Virus record (IMG/VR): IMGVR_UViG_3300037465_000365
Span: 1-25,430 of that record
Origin: a virus
Lineage: Duplodnaviria > Caudoviricetes
Direction: 5' to 3' (one strand)
DNA length: 25,430 nt
Part shown: positions 8,708-17,114 of the stretch, piece after piece
How positions within the stretch are numbered: position 1 is the first letter of the stretch
How the letters are laid out: each line of letters starts with the position of its first letter
Position numbers and translations under genes: made by a program
The notes under the pieces: model-generated
What the model saw: only the letters and a program-made list of their open reading frames with translations
Databases searched by the model: none
What the model was told of the DNA's origin: nothing

Positions 8708-8769
8708 GTGTCGCTCCTTTAAGTCTCAGGCGGCCTCCGCGCCGCGTGTGTTCCCGTGTGATGTCGCGT

Positions 8770-9171
8770 CTACGCGACCGACACCCAGCTCGGCGGGAAG
8801 ATCATCACCGTGATAATGTCGCCCGTGGCGCTCGTGGCCGCTTGCTCCGCCATCGCGCACACGACCGCGTTGTCCGCCAGCGGCATCTTCGTGATGAGTC
8901 GCCCGTCCGTGTGCGGGCCGAGCGCATCGCCGATCGCGATATCTGTCGTCGCTTCGACGTTGGCTTTCGACCAACCCAGCGCCATGACCTCCGCCGCACG
9001 GCCAGCGGCCGCCGGCTTGTTCTGCAGCAGGCCGATCGGCCTGTCGGTTGCCGCCGCCACGATCGCCACCTGCCCGGCCGTCGCACCGTGCTTCATCAGG
9101 AAGTACTGATAGCTCGAGTAGTCGGACGGCGCCGCGTACGTCCGCGTCACCCACGCTTGTTCAGTCGCCAT
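8770..9171 (-). CDS. Capsid cement/decoration protein (DUF2190-like), 133 aa
   Basis: QYF.MK, PIGLLQNKP, A.V..LG.SK, I.IGD.L...DGR, A...GDIITV; directly upstream of capsid. Confidence 0.8.
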   Translation of the reverse strand: MATEQAWVTRTYAAPSDYSSYQYFLMKHGATAGQVAIVAAATDRPIGLLQNKPAAAGRAAEVMALGWSKANVEATTDIAIGDALGPHTDGRLITKMPLADNAVVCAMAEQAATSATGDIITVMIFPPSWVSVA

Positions 9172-9186
9172 ACTCGTCTCACTCCC

Positions 9187-9238
9187 ACGCGGGGCGTCCC
9201 GCGTTCTGGTGCTCGCCGAGGGGCGACCCCCGACGAGC
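9187..9238 (-). promoter_or_regulatory. Two tandem RNA hairpins in the leader of the cement/capsid genes
   Basis: 12-bp stem at 9211-9238 with two G-U pairs valid only on the minus strand; perfect 7-bp stem at 9187-9204 abutting the SD. Confidence 0.45.
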
Positions 9239-9243
9239 CTGGG

Positions 9244-9537
9244 TTAACCTTCGCCGACCGCGACCGCGATCAGGCGCCGGGACCGATACGCCGTCCACGC
9301 CTCAGCGCGTGTCCGAAAACACCGACCCTGACTCCACGCCATCAACTCCTGATGCCCGACGAATCCCAACACCTCGAATCGCCGAGCCATGCGCAGGAAC
9401 GACTCGCGATCCGTATGTCGTTCGCACGGCCCGCCACAGTATGGGCACCGGAGCATCCATCCCCCACTCGGCGAGGCGGCAACCGCCGCTCGCGACGCCT
9501 CGTCCCACCATAGGCACGCCGTCCCGTACGCGATCAC
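9244..9537 (-). CDS. Small Cys-containing hypothetical protein (97 aa)
   Basis: Restarted at GTG 9537 after the scaffold stop: VIAYGTACLWWD...RCPYCGG...WSQGRCF. Confidence 0.55.
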   Translation of the reverse strand: MIAYGTACLWWDEASRAAVAASPSGGWMLRCPYCGGPCERHTDRESFLRMARRFEVLGFVGHQELMAWSQGRCFRTRAEAWTAYRSRRLIAVAVGEG

Positions 9538-9550
9538 ACGCGCCTGAGTC

Positions 9551-10954
9551 TTACACCCTGACCAGCGTCTCGCGCCGATAGCGCTCGTAGAGCGCGGGAT
9601 CGGCCGCGAAGACCTGCCGCATTGCCTCGTCGCGCGTGAGCCGCTCGCTCTTCGCCAGCGCGGCGTCGACGCGCGACGCGACCTCGCCAGCCGCCGTATC
9701 CGCCGGGGCATTGCCCGCGCCAGTCGCCCCGATCTCGCCCATCAGCGTCGCGGCGTTCTGCTGCGCCAGCTGCGCCTTCCACAGCTCGCGGATGCGGTCG
9801 GCTGCCTCCTGGCCGACCCGCTCTTCGATTGCCTTCAGTATGGCCGCATCCTTCGCCGGATCGACGCCGATGGCCTTGTAGCCCGAGACTTCGTCAGCGA
9901 ACTTCCGCAGCGCCTCGGCCTCGGCGAGCTTCGCCGCTGCGTCTGTCGCGGCCTTCGTCGCCGCCTCGGCCTTCTCGAGTCGCGCCGCGAGATCGATATT
10001 CGTCTTCCGCAGCTCGTCGGCGTCGGCCTTGGCCTTGGCGAGCTCCGTCTGCACGGCCTCCGGGATCGGGGCCTCGGGCGTACCAGCAGCCGCCTTCTCG
10101 AGCGCTGTGACCGCCGCCTCATCGGCGCCGAGCACACGCCCGAACATCGCCGCGATCTGCTGCCCCATCCGTGCGAGCGCGCCCGCATCCGGCTTCGTCT
10201 GCTTCTCCATGTGCCTCTCTCCTTCGGCTTCGGCGATGATCTCGCCCAGCGTCTTGTAGAGCGTCCGTAGCTTCTCCAGGCGCGTCGCGCTGATCTTGCG
10301 CCCGATCTTCTCGACCGACTGATCGAGCAGCTCGGCCATCATCACCGGTAGGCTGGCCGCGACCGCCGCCGTAAAGTCCTGGATGGCCGTCCGCATCGAC
10401 GCCGGCTTGTCCTCGTCGGTGCTCTCCAGCACCGAGTACAGCGTTTCCGTCAGTGCACCGAAGTGATCACCGAGCGCCGCGAGCAGCCCGTTGATCCGCC
10501 GCCGTAGCATCGCGTCATCAAACGTCATCGGGTGTTCCATCTTCTCGGCCGCCTCGATGCCGGAGGCGCGCGCCGCCGCGAGAAGCGTCCGCCGAGCCCT
10601 CGCCTTGTCAGCCTCCGACGCCTCGATCTGATTGAGCCGCGCGAGCGCGTTTCGGAGATGCGGGAGATCGATCTCGCCGTCCGCATTCCGGTACGGCAAA
10701 TGCCGGAGGCTCCGCGGAACCGTCTTCCCTTCGTCGTCCTTCTCGCCTCCTGGCGAGATCACCGCGAACGCGCTATCAGGGAGATCATTGACGTAGGCGG
10801 TCGTCCACGCGGTTTTACCGATCGCGACACGTTGCTTCTCGTTCTCGCTCTTCGGGGCCGCCGCCTTGACGATAAGCCAGCGCCTCCGGTTTGCCGGGCT
10901 GTCGACGGCCGAGACATTCTTCACCGAAACATTGACGAGACGGCGCGTCGCCAT
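9551..10954 (-). CDS. Head maturation/scaffold protein (467 aa)
   Basis: N-terminal VSAVDSPAN.R.W...K motif (seen with XkdF-type proteases), LPDSAFA...RHLPY...HLRNALAR domain, KIGRKISA.RL, then Ala/Glu/Lys coiled coil ending PALYERY. Confidence 0.75.
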   Translation of the reverse strand: MATRRLVNVSVKNVSAVDSPANRRRWLIVKAAAPKSENEKQRVAIGKTAWTTAYVNDLPDSAFAVISPGGEKDDEGKTVPRSLRHLPYRNADGEIDLPHLRNALARLNQIEASEADKARARRTLLAAARASGIEAAEKMEHPMTFDDAMLRRRINGLLAALGDHFGALTETLYSVLESTDEDKPASMRTAIQDFTAAVAASLPVMMAELLDQSVEKIGRKISATRLEKLRTLYKTLGEIIAEAEGERHMEKQTKPDAGALARMGQQIAAMFGRVLGADEAAVTALEKAAAGTPEAPIPEAVQTELAKAKADADELRKTNIDLAARLEKAEAATKAATDAAAKLAEAEALRKFADEVSGYKAIGVDPAKDAAILKAIEERVGQEAADRIRELWKAQLAQQNAATLMGEIGATGAGNAPADTAAGEVASRVDAALAKSERLTRDEAMRQVFAADPALYERYRRETLVRV

Positions 10955-10956
10955 CC

Positions 10957-11682
10957 TCAGGCTGCCTCCTCAACGCGCGTCGCGTACCCAAACATCGATA
11001 AGCCCGTCCGCTCGCCCGCCTTGATCTTCGCCCACATCGGCTCCGACCAGCGTACGCCCAGGAGCCACGCGCCCTGCTTGACGACCTGGCCATTGATCGT
11101 CAAATCAGTTGGCGCGAGGTAGCTTTCAACGATCATCCCAAGATCGTCATCAATCTGTCGATGTTGATCGTCGAGCCCAGCACCTTTCTCGAGCGCGTCA
11201 AGTACGTCGCTCACCTCGCTGATATCTACGACCAAGCTCTCGCCGTCCTCAACCGAGAGCGCCGCGTCGACGATTGCCGTCGCCGATTTCGCGAGGCCCT
11301 GGAGCCGTGCGAGGAAGCCCCAAGCTGCGTCACGGATGGTATCCGCCGTCGCGAATTCCTGCTGCGTGTCGATCGTATCCGGCTCGTAGACGACGCCGAG
11401 CGTATAGCGCAGCTCCGGCTCAGACTTGCGAAGGATCAACATCTCGGCCGTCGCCGCTTTTGCCACCTCGAGCTCGGTCCGGAAGTCGTGCTCCTTCAGC
11501 CACCGCCGGCTCGCCGCCGGCGTAAACCGCTCCGCATCGAAGCGGATGGACTGGATTTCGCTCCCGCCATCCTCCTTGATACCGACGACGGCATCGATGC
11601 CGTCGGTCAGGTGCTTCCGGCGAAACCGGACGTACCCGGTCGGATCCGTCTGTCTGGCCGCGTGCTCGGTCTGATAGGGCAT
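10957..11682 (-). CDS. XkdF-like putative prohead serine protease (241 aa)
   Basis: GVVYEPD..DTQ.E, I..AA..F, DDQH, IVESYLAP, GAWLLGV, W.KIK.GE.TGLSM.G; extra ~70-aa N-terminal domain (MPY..EHAAR...IQSIRFD...WLKEH). Confidence 0.85.
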   Translation of the reverse strand: MPYQTEHAARQTDPTGYVRFRRKHLTDGIDAVVGIKEDGGSEIQSIRFDAERFTPAASRRWLKEHDFRTELEVAKAATAEMLILRKSEPELRYTLGVVYEPDTIDTQQEFATADTIRDAAWGFLARLQGLAKSATAIVDAALSVEDGESLVVDISEVSDVLDALEKGAGLDDQHRQIDDDLGMIVESYLAPTDLTINGQVVKQGAWLLGVRWSEPMWAKIKAGERTGLSMFGYATRVEEAA

Positions 11683-11687
11683 GAGCG

Positions 11688-11738
11688 AAAAAGAAACGAG
11701 CCGCCAGATCGCGAGGATTCCTCGCGATCTGGCGGCTC
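11688..11738 (-). terminator. Intrinsic terminator-like hairpin directly upstream of the protease start
   Basis: Perfect 20-nt inverted repeat 11698-11717 / 11719-11738 followed on the minus strand by GTTTCTTTTT. Confidence 0.65.
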
Positions 11739-11769
11739 CACACTTGCGCCGCCGACAACCTTTAGCGAA

Positions 11770-11815
11770 TCACATTACCACAAAACCGTCAGTCATGGAA
11801 AGCAACGTCAATTTT
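11770..11815 (-). promoter_or_regulatory. AT-rich candidate promoter region for the head operon
   Basis: Locally AT-rich; minus strand has TTGACG and TGG-TAATGT, but their spacing (28 nt) is not canonical. Confidence 0.25.
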
Positions 11816-11828
11816 CGTGCCCGCCCGG

Positions 11829-11909
11829 TTAATTAAACGGCCCTGGGGCCACCGGCCAAACGGGGCTGGGACGACCCCGTTCTCCCAGCGGCCGATGCCC
11901 CAGGGGCCG
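11829..11909 (-). other. Long GC-rich stem-loop followed by TTTAATTAA (terminator or structured RNA)
   Basis: About 20 bp between 11838-11858 and 11889-11909, with two bulges and two minus-strand G-U pairs. Confidence 0.5.
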
Positions 11910-11912
11910 ACT

Positions 11913-12104
11913 CTAGCCACCCGTGCCGTTCCCCGGTATCCGCTCGAACTCCGGCCGTACGATCACGGCCCGGACCTTGGCCGTACCGGGAATCAGCTTG
12001 ATCTCAAACGTGATCGCGCGGAGCGTCGCACTCGCATTGAGTTCGGTCGCCATCACGCGCAATTCGTCGCGGAGGGCGGTTGCGATCGCTTCGGTCCGCG
12101 TCAT
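11913..12104 (-). CDS. Hypothetical protein (63 aa)
   Basis: ATG 2 nt after upstream TAG; protein-like helix/strand pattern. Confidence 0.6.
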   Translation of the reverse strand: MTRTEAIATALRDELRVMATELNASATLRAITFEIKLIPGTAKVRAVIVRPEFERIPGNGTGG

Positions 12105-12106
12105 CG

Positions 12107-12244
12107 CTAGTGAATCCGTTCAGCCGAGTGGCGGTCGATAATCTGTCGCCACGCCACCGGCCCGCTCGGATCGAGGATGAGCGGATGCGTCACGCCGCAC
12201 GGGCAGGGACAATCCAGGACGACGGGCTCCCCTCGTTCGCTCAT
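12107..12244 (-). CDS. Small CPCPC-containing protein (45 aa)
   Basis: Not in track; ATGA overlap with the gpF stop; MSERGEPVVLDCPCPCGVTHPLILDP... Confidence 0.45.
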   Translation of the reverse strand: MSERGEPVVLDCPCPCGVTHPLILDPSGPVAWRQIIDRHSAERIH

Positions 12245-13113
12245 CGCGATCGCTCTCGCGCGACGAGGCCGACGGCACAACGGCACTGCGGATGGAGTGG
12301 CGGCTGTAGGATTCCCGCGAATCCCTCGATGGCAAATGCCTCGTCGATCTCGGCTTGGAGACCGTCGAGCGGCTCACATAGCACGCAGAGCCGGTCATCC
12401 GGAGTTGTAATCCAGCTCTTGACCAGATCCGGATCGATGAGCCCGTCGCCACGCGCCTCGCGCCACGCGTCGACCTGCCCCGCATTCGAGGCGTAGAGGG
12501 TCTCTGTTCGCGCGATCATTTCGGTCCGAATTTTCAGGGCGCGCCTGGCTTCACGGATGAGGCGATGCGCGGCAGCCTCGTCGGAGAGCCCGGCGGCCTT
12601 CCAGGCGTCGTAATGCGCAAGCAAGGTCCGGCCCTGGCGTGGCGTCACGCCGACGACCGCCCGGAGCTGTCGCGCGAGCAGCCGCGGCGGGATTCCGCGC
12701 TCGAAGGCGGCAGCGGTATAGTCGCGGATCGCGGCTTTCGTCTCGCTCCCGACAGCCGTCACGCGCGTCGCCGCTGTTGTCCGCGCCCACTCGACCGCCT
12801 TCGGATTGGTCTCATTGAAGCGCCCGATCAGGCGTGCCGTCTCCGGACGCGGGCGAGCCTTCCCGATCCTCTCGCGCGCAATCTGACGGACGGCCGCTTG
12901 GGCGGCAGCGGCGTAGGCGTATCGGAGAATCGGCACAATCTCCTCGAGCGCGGCCTCTAGCCCGGCATCATCGATGGAGCCATCCTCGAAGACGGTCATG
13001 GCCCGCAGCGCGCGCGCGAGCATGCCTCGGAGACGCGGATAGACGGCATCCGCGACACGATGGGAGAGACGCCAACCGGCCTGCGGGGAATCGCGGTCAA
13101 CGAACGTCACCAC
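12241..13113 (-). CDS. Mu gpF / SPP1 gp7-like head morphogenesis (minor head) protein
   Basis: RTEMIARTET, KSWITTPDDRLC.LC..LDG, PPLHPQCRC. Start placed at GTG 13113 (or 13110) after GAGGT. Confidence 0.9.
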   Translation of the reverse strand: MVTFVDRDSPQAGWRLSHRVADAVYPRLRGMLARALRAMTVFEDGSIDDAGLEAALEEIVPILRYAYAAAAQAAVRQIARERIGKARPRPETARLIGRFNETNPKAVEWARTTAATRVTAVGSETKAAIRDYTAAAFERGIPPRLLARQLRAVVGVTPRQGRTLLAHYDAWKAAGLSDEAAAHRLIREARRALKIRTEMIARTETLYASNAGQVDAWREARGDGLIDPDLVKSWITTPDDRLCVLCEPLDGLQAEIDEAFAIEGFAGILQPPLHPQCRCAVGLVARERSR

Positions 13114-13201
13114 GGACCGACCTCGAGGAGTCGACGCGGGCCGGTCTGCCGCCGACCAGACCAGCAACGAAGCTGGCGCGCCCCGATCCGTGGCGAGACG
13201 A

Positions 13202-13771
13202 TCAACCCGCCCAGCACGTGTAGCCCTCCGCCTGGAGCTGCGCGAGCGCCCGACCTTGGGCTTCAGCCGAGTCGCACTCGACAATGATGCGATACGTCTC
13301 CGTCGCCTCGAAGCCCACGAGGCGCTTCCCTTCCTCTCGCAGTACGGCCGTCAGCTGCCGGAGGTCGTCCGGCATGTGCTCGACCAGTGCCGCCAGCTTC
13401 TCGTGATCGGTCCCAGCCAGATCGCCGACCGGATCGAGCGTCGCGAGAATCGCGGTCTCCTCTTCGGGCGTGAGATCGACGTAGACAACCGGCACGGGCG
13501 TCTCCTCATCCCGGCTGAGCGCGAGCTGAACGCGCAGGTGGCCGTCGACCATCGTCTCGACGTGCCGATCCCGGCCCCACGCCTGATCGGTCCGCAAGTT
13601 GACGATGACCGGCGCGACAAAACCGACGCGTCCGAGAAGACCGCCGAGCACCTCCTGCTGGGCCATCGGATGAATACGCCAATTCGCCGGGTTCGCGAGG
13701 AACTCCCGGGCCGGGAGCGTCCCACTCCGGACAATGCGATTCCCCCACGGAGCTGGACGCGCGCGTGTCAT
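13202..13771 (-). CDS. ParB/Srx N-terminal-like domain protein (189 aa)
   Basis: NPANWRIH, GFVAPVIVN, MVDGHLR, VPVVYVDL..EEE; SD GGAGAGG before ATG 13771. Confidence 0.8.
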   Translation of the reverse strand: MTRARPAPWGNRIVRSGTLPAREFLANPANWRIHPMAQQEVLGGLLGRVGFVAPVIVNLRTDQAWGRDRHVETMVDGHLRVQLALSRDEETPVPVVYVDLTPEEETAILATLDPVGDLAGTDHEKLAALVEHMPDDLRQLTAVLREEGKRLVGFEATETYRIIVECDSAEAQGRALAQLQAEGYTCWAG

Positions 13772-13802
13772 CGTTTCGGGCCTCTCCGCTTGGGCTCGGA
13801 CA

Positions 13803-14036
13803 TTAGTCGTCTTCATTGAGCAAGACGAGGATCTCATCGTCATCGAGCATCCACGAGACGCGAGCGATACCATGCAGGCGCGCTGGGCTCCCACGGATCG
13901 TCCCGCTCAGCGAGATAGTCACCGGCGTCGGCGTAAGACGGAGAGCCCACAATCCCGCATCCGCGATGCCGACGACCGGTGCCGGGGCGACGACAACCGT
14001 CGGCGCGTACTGTCCGAAGGCGATCCCGCCACACAT
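13803..14036 (-). CDS. Hypothetical protein (77 aa)
   Basis: Fills intergenic gap in operon orientation; acidic DDDEILVLL end. Confidence 0.5.
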   Translation of the reverse strand: MCGGIAFGQYAPTVVVAPAPVVGIADAGLWALRLTPTPVTISLSGTIRGSPARLHGIARVSWMLDDDEILVLLNEDD

Positions 14037-14048
14037 GAGCCGTGCCTG

Positions 14049-14810
14049 TTACCGATGCGCCAGCGTATCTCTATGGGATACGCCGGTCGTCATGAGACGA
14101 AACTCGCGATACCACGCGTCCGCGCTCGACGGATCGAGCCGCGGCGAATCCGCGAACCACGGCCCGCCGAGCGTATAGTGCAGGATCTTCGCATCCGGGT
14201 TCGGGACGTATTCGCCGACGAGCCAGTTCCAGTCCAGCGGAATGACGCCGATTGTCGGCTGGACCCAATTCGTCTCGTCCGCGTCGACATCCTGGGATGC
14301 CCAGCCGAATTGATGGAGCCACGCGGCGCTCCGTCGGCTGACCGTCTCCGGCGTCAGGCGTCGTACCTGTTCGTGCCCGCAGTCGAAGAGCATGAGGCTC
14401 GACCAGTTCTTCCGCGGGTACGCGATCTGCGGCTGACCGAGGAACTTCGTGCGCGTCGTCGGCGTATAGTCGTGCGGGCAGACGTAGACTGGCCGACCGG
14501 GCTCGGCGAGCGCATAGAGCATCAGCTCCCAGATATCGGCCTGGCAGAGCATGTCGCAGTCGAGAAAGAGCGCGTAGCCGCGATAGCCGGCGAGGTAGGG
14601 TACGAGGAAGCGCGTGAAGCTAAACGCGGTCGATTCCGTCGGCTGCCTAGACCGCGTATAGAGCCCGGCGCTCCGAAGCTGTGGCTGAATTAACGGCTGG
14701 ATACTCACCGGCTTCGTGGCGCGCGTCAGAATTGAATGCGCGCAGACGTGATAGGCGACGGCCTCGCTCGAGTCGTAGCCGATAAAGATCCGCAACGCTG
14801 AGCTGTCCAT
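14049..14810 (-). CDS. GT-A glycosyltransferase (GT8-like), 253 aa
   Basis: IFIGYD, STAFSFTRFLVP, FLDCDM (DxD), YPRKNWSS, WNWLVGEY, HYTLGGPW; SD GGAGGG before ATG 14810. Confidence 0.9.
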   Translation of the reverse strand: MDSSALRIFIGYDSSEAVAYHVCAHSILTRATKPVSIQPLIQPQLRSAGLYTRSRQPTESTAFSFTRFLVPYLAGYRGYALFLDCDMLCQADIWELMLYALAEPGRPVYVCPHDYTPTTRTKFLGQPQIAYPRKNWSSLMLFDCGHEQVRRLTPETVSRRSAAWLHQFGWASQDVDADETNWVQPTIGVIPLDWNWLVGEYVPNPDAKILHYTLGGPWFADSPRLDPSSADAWYREFRLMTTGVSHRDTLAHR

Positions 14811-14835
14811 TATGACCCTCCGAAGGCTCCGCGCG

Positions 14836-16284
14836 TCATGCCGTCTGCCCCATCGACTGTTCATATCGGGCGACGCGCGCGGTCGGCCACGCGAGACCCA
14901 GCCGCGTGCGGACGGTCATCTCGACCTGATCGCGGAGCGTGACGAGCTGATCCGCCGAGAGGTCGTCCGTCCAGACGAAGGACCGATAACGGCCAGGCGC
15001 GCCCTTGTAGTAGGCCATCTCTCGGTCGAACCGCACGTCGCTCTGATAGAGCGCATCGCCGCTCTTCGCGCGATAGCTCCACGTCCGGTCGCCAATCTGC
15101 GTGGCCTCGTCGTAGTAGGGCGTGCCCGGATAGGTCGTAATTACACTCACGCCGAGGTCGTGGGGGCGCACCGCGAGGAGCCAATCGATCATCGCCCGTA
15201 CCGAGTCGAGACTCTCGCCAGGATGACCGAGGCTCATCAGCGCCTTGACCCGTAGCCCGTGCCGCCGGGCGATCTCGACGCAGCGAGTATTCTCCTCTTT
15301 AGTCGCGCGCTTGTTCATGTTTTGTAGAATCCGTTCATGGCCGGACTCAAAGCCGACAAAGATCGAGCGGAAGCCGGCCGCGACCATCAGCCGCGCCTGC
15401 TCGTCCGTGAACAGCTCGGCCTTGACGTGGCCGCGCAGCGTCCATGTTACGCCCAGATCGCGCGCGGCACGCGCGAGGCCATCCATGAGCGCCGGCATCG
15501 ACGTCGGGATATTGACCTCATCATCGACGAACATAAAGCCGGTGGCGCCGTAGCGCCGGTAGAGCCCGACCAGCTCAGCGATGACGTGCGCGGCCGGCCG
15601 CTGACGGACCCGTCGATAGGTCGCGCTCAGGCGACCACCGCAGAAGCCGCAGCCGAAGGGGCACCCCAGCTGCGCGATCAGCGAGAGCGATCGGATACCG
15701 TCGATCCGGAAGTCGTAGCTCGCGACATCGATCAGCGATCGGTCCGGTACCGGCCAGTCCGCGAGCGCGGCCTCACGAAGGAACCAAGCGGACGTCGGAT
15801 CATCGGCGTCAAGGAGCGAGCCCGTCTCGGTCTCGAGCGCATACCTGACGGCGACTTCACCGTCGCCAGCGACGACGACGTCCGTCTCGTCGAGGAGGCG
15901 ACTCAGCGTCTCCGTCGCCCGGCCTTTCTGGCCACGCACGGCCTCTCGCTTCGCCGCCGCCATCGATAGCGTCGCGTGCGGGCCACCGAGGATGACGCGC
16001 GCCCGTCGGCGCGCGATCCGCGCCATCGCGAGCGCGGCGGGGAGCTGAGGCGAGTTCGCCGAAAGGCAGACGTGCGACGGCCGATCGCGGTCGAGCATCT
16101 CTCGGAAGAGACGTAAGTACGCACCGCTACCGCCATAGCCCGAGCAGTCGAGTACGGTCGTATCCGTCACGCCGTGAACGCTACGGAGCGCCGACGCGAC
16201 CTTCAGGACGCCGAGCGGCATAAAGACGCGCTCGTCGAGTAGGAACGGCGACGGCGGATTGACGACGCAGACGCGCAGCATCAT
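14836..16284 (-). CDS. Cobalamin-binding radical SAM protein (class B methyltransferase-like), 482 aa
   Basis: N-terminal B12 domain (PLG...VAS, ILGGPHAT, GDGE), CPFGCGFC (CxxxCxxC), FVDDE, GFESG, G.PGE, YPGT. Confidence 0.92.
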   Translation of the reverse strand: MMLRVCVVNPPSPFLLDERVFMPLGVLKVASALRSVHGVTDTTVLDCSGYGGSGAYLRLFREMLDRDRPSHVCLSANSPQLPAALAMARIARRRARVILGGPHATLSMAAAKREAVRGQKGRATETLSRLLDETDVVVAGDGEVAVRYALETETGSLLDADDPTSAWFLREAALADWPVPDRSLIDVASYDFRIDGIRSLSLIAQLGCPFGCGFCGGRLSATYRRVRQRPAAHVIAELVGLYRRYGATGFMFVDDEVNIPTSMPALMDGLARAARDLGVTWTLRGHVKAELFTDEQARLMVAAGFRSIFVGFESGHERILQNMNKRATKEENTRCVEIARRHGLRVKALMSLGHPGESLDSVRAMIDWLLAVRPHDLGVSVITTYPGTPYYDEATQIGDRTWSYRAKSGDALYQSDVRFDREMAYYKGAPGRYRSFVWTDDLSADQLVTLRDQVEMTVRTRLGLAWPTARVARYEQSMGQTA

Positions 16285-17114
16285 CGTGCTCCCAGCACTG
16301 GTCGCGCGCGGAGGATGTCGGTCAGGCGTACCATCTCCTGCTGCTCGGCGTCCGTCCGCTGGAGAACGATCAGTGTCCGAAGTCGCTGTTGGACCTCGAC
16401 CAGCTCGCGGTGATCCTCAATCCCAGTCGGCCACGGGGTCACCAGTGCGGCAGAGGCGAGCATCTGTCGCTTCCGCGGCCCCTTAAAGTGCAGGAGAGCC
16501 GCGTGCGCTCCTGGATGCGACGCGTCTGGCGGAAAGTTATAGATATCGCCAGGAAGCGCCCGCACGACAAGCGATGGGTCGCGCGCGATCTCGGCGACGA
16601 CGCGCTGCTCGCTCAGCCAGTCCTGCTCGGCTGGCTGGAGCGCACGCCAAGCTCGCGAGACGTGATGCCAAAACCGGCGCGGCGAGTTCGCCGGTACAAA
16701 GACGACGCCCGTGTTCCACGGACAGCGCGCCAGGAAGTCGGCGCTATAGGTGACATGCTGATAGGCGCGGTCCGTGAGCCCGACGTGCCAACCAGGCACG
16801 GCGAACACCTCGCGGACGTCTCGCTGAAACAGGATATCGCTGTCGGCGAAGACAAGGTCGACATGTGGCATCTGCCGTTCGGCACGCGCGTATAGCTCGA
16901 GTCGCAGATCGAGAAGGACCGCCGCCGAGCGCGTCCCGTCCCACACCCGATCGATACGGATCACGGTCTCGGTTTCGGTCTGTATTGTTGAGGCATCGCT
17001 GAGCTGGACGAGCGTCACGCCCGGACACGCTCGCCGAGCTGATTCGACCATCAAGCGAGCCCGTGCGATCACCTCGTCGCGAGGATGCGCCACAAGGAAG
17101 AACGTGATCGTCAT
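16281..17114 (-). CDS. GT-A nucleotide-diphospho-sugar transferase (277 aa)
   Basis: FADSDIL (DxD), WNTGVVF, EQ, YNFPP, LLHFKGPRK; start moved to ATG 17114 (ATGA overlap). Confidence 0.8.
   Translation of the reverse strand: MTITFFLVAHPRDEVIARARLMVESARRACPGVTLVQLSDASTIQTETETVIRIDRVWDGTRSAAVLLDLRLELYARAERQMPHVDLVFADSDILFQRDVREVFAVPGWHVGLTDRAYQHVTYSADFLARCPWNTGVVFVPANSPRRFWHHVSRAWRALQPAEQDWLSEQRVVAEIARDPSLVVRALPGDIYNFPPDASHPGAHAALLHFKGPRKRQMLASAALVTPWPTGIEDHRELVEVQQRLRTLIVLQRTDAEQQEMVRLTDILRARPVLGAR

Noticed and set aside
11838-11909. HDV-like ribozyme (minus strand contains GTCCCAGCC...GGC)
   Set aside because: No downstream P2' partner or J4/2 segment and the L3 sequence does not fit; kept only as an unidentified structure.
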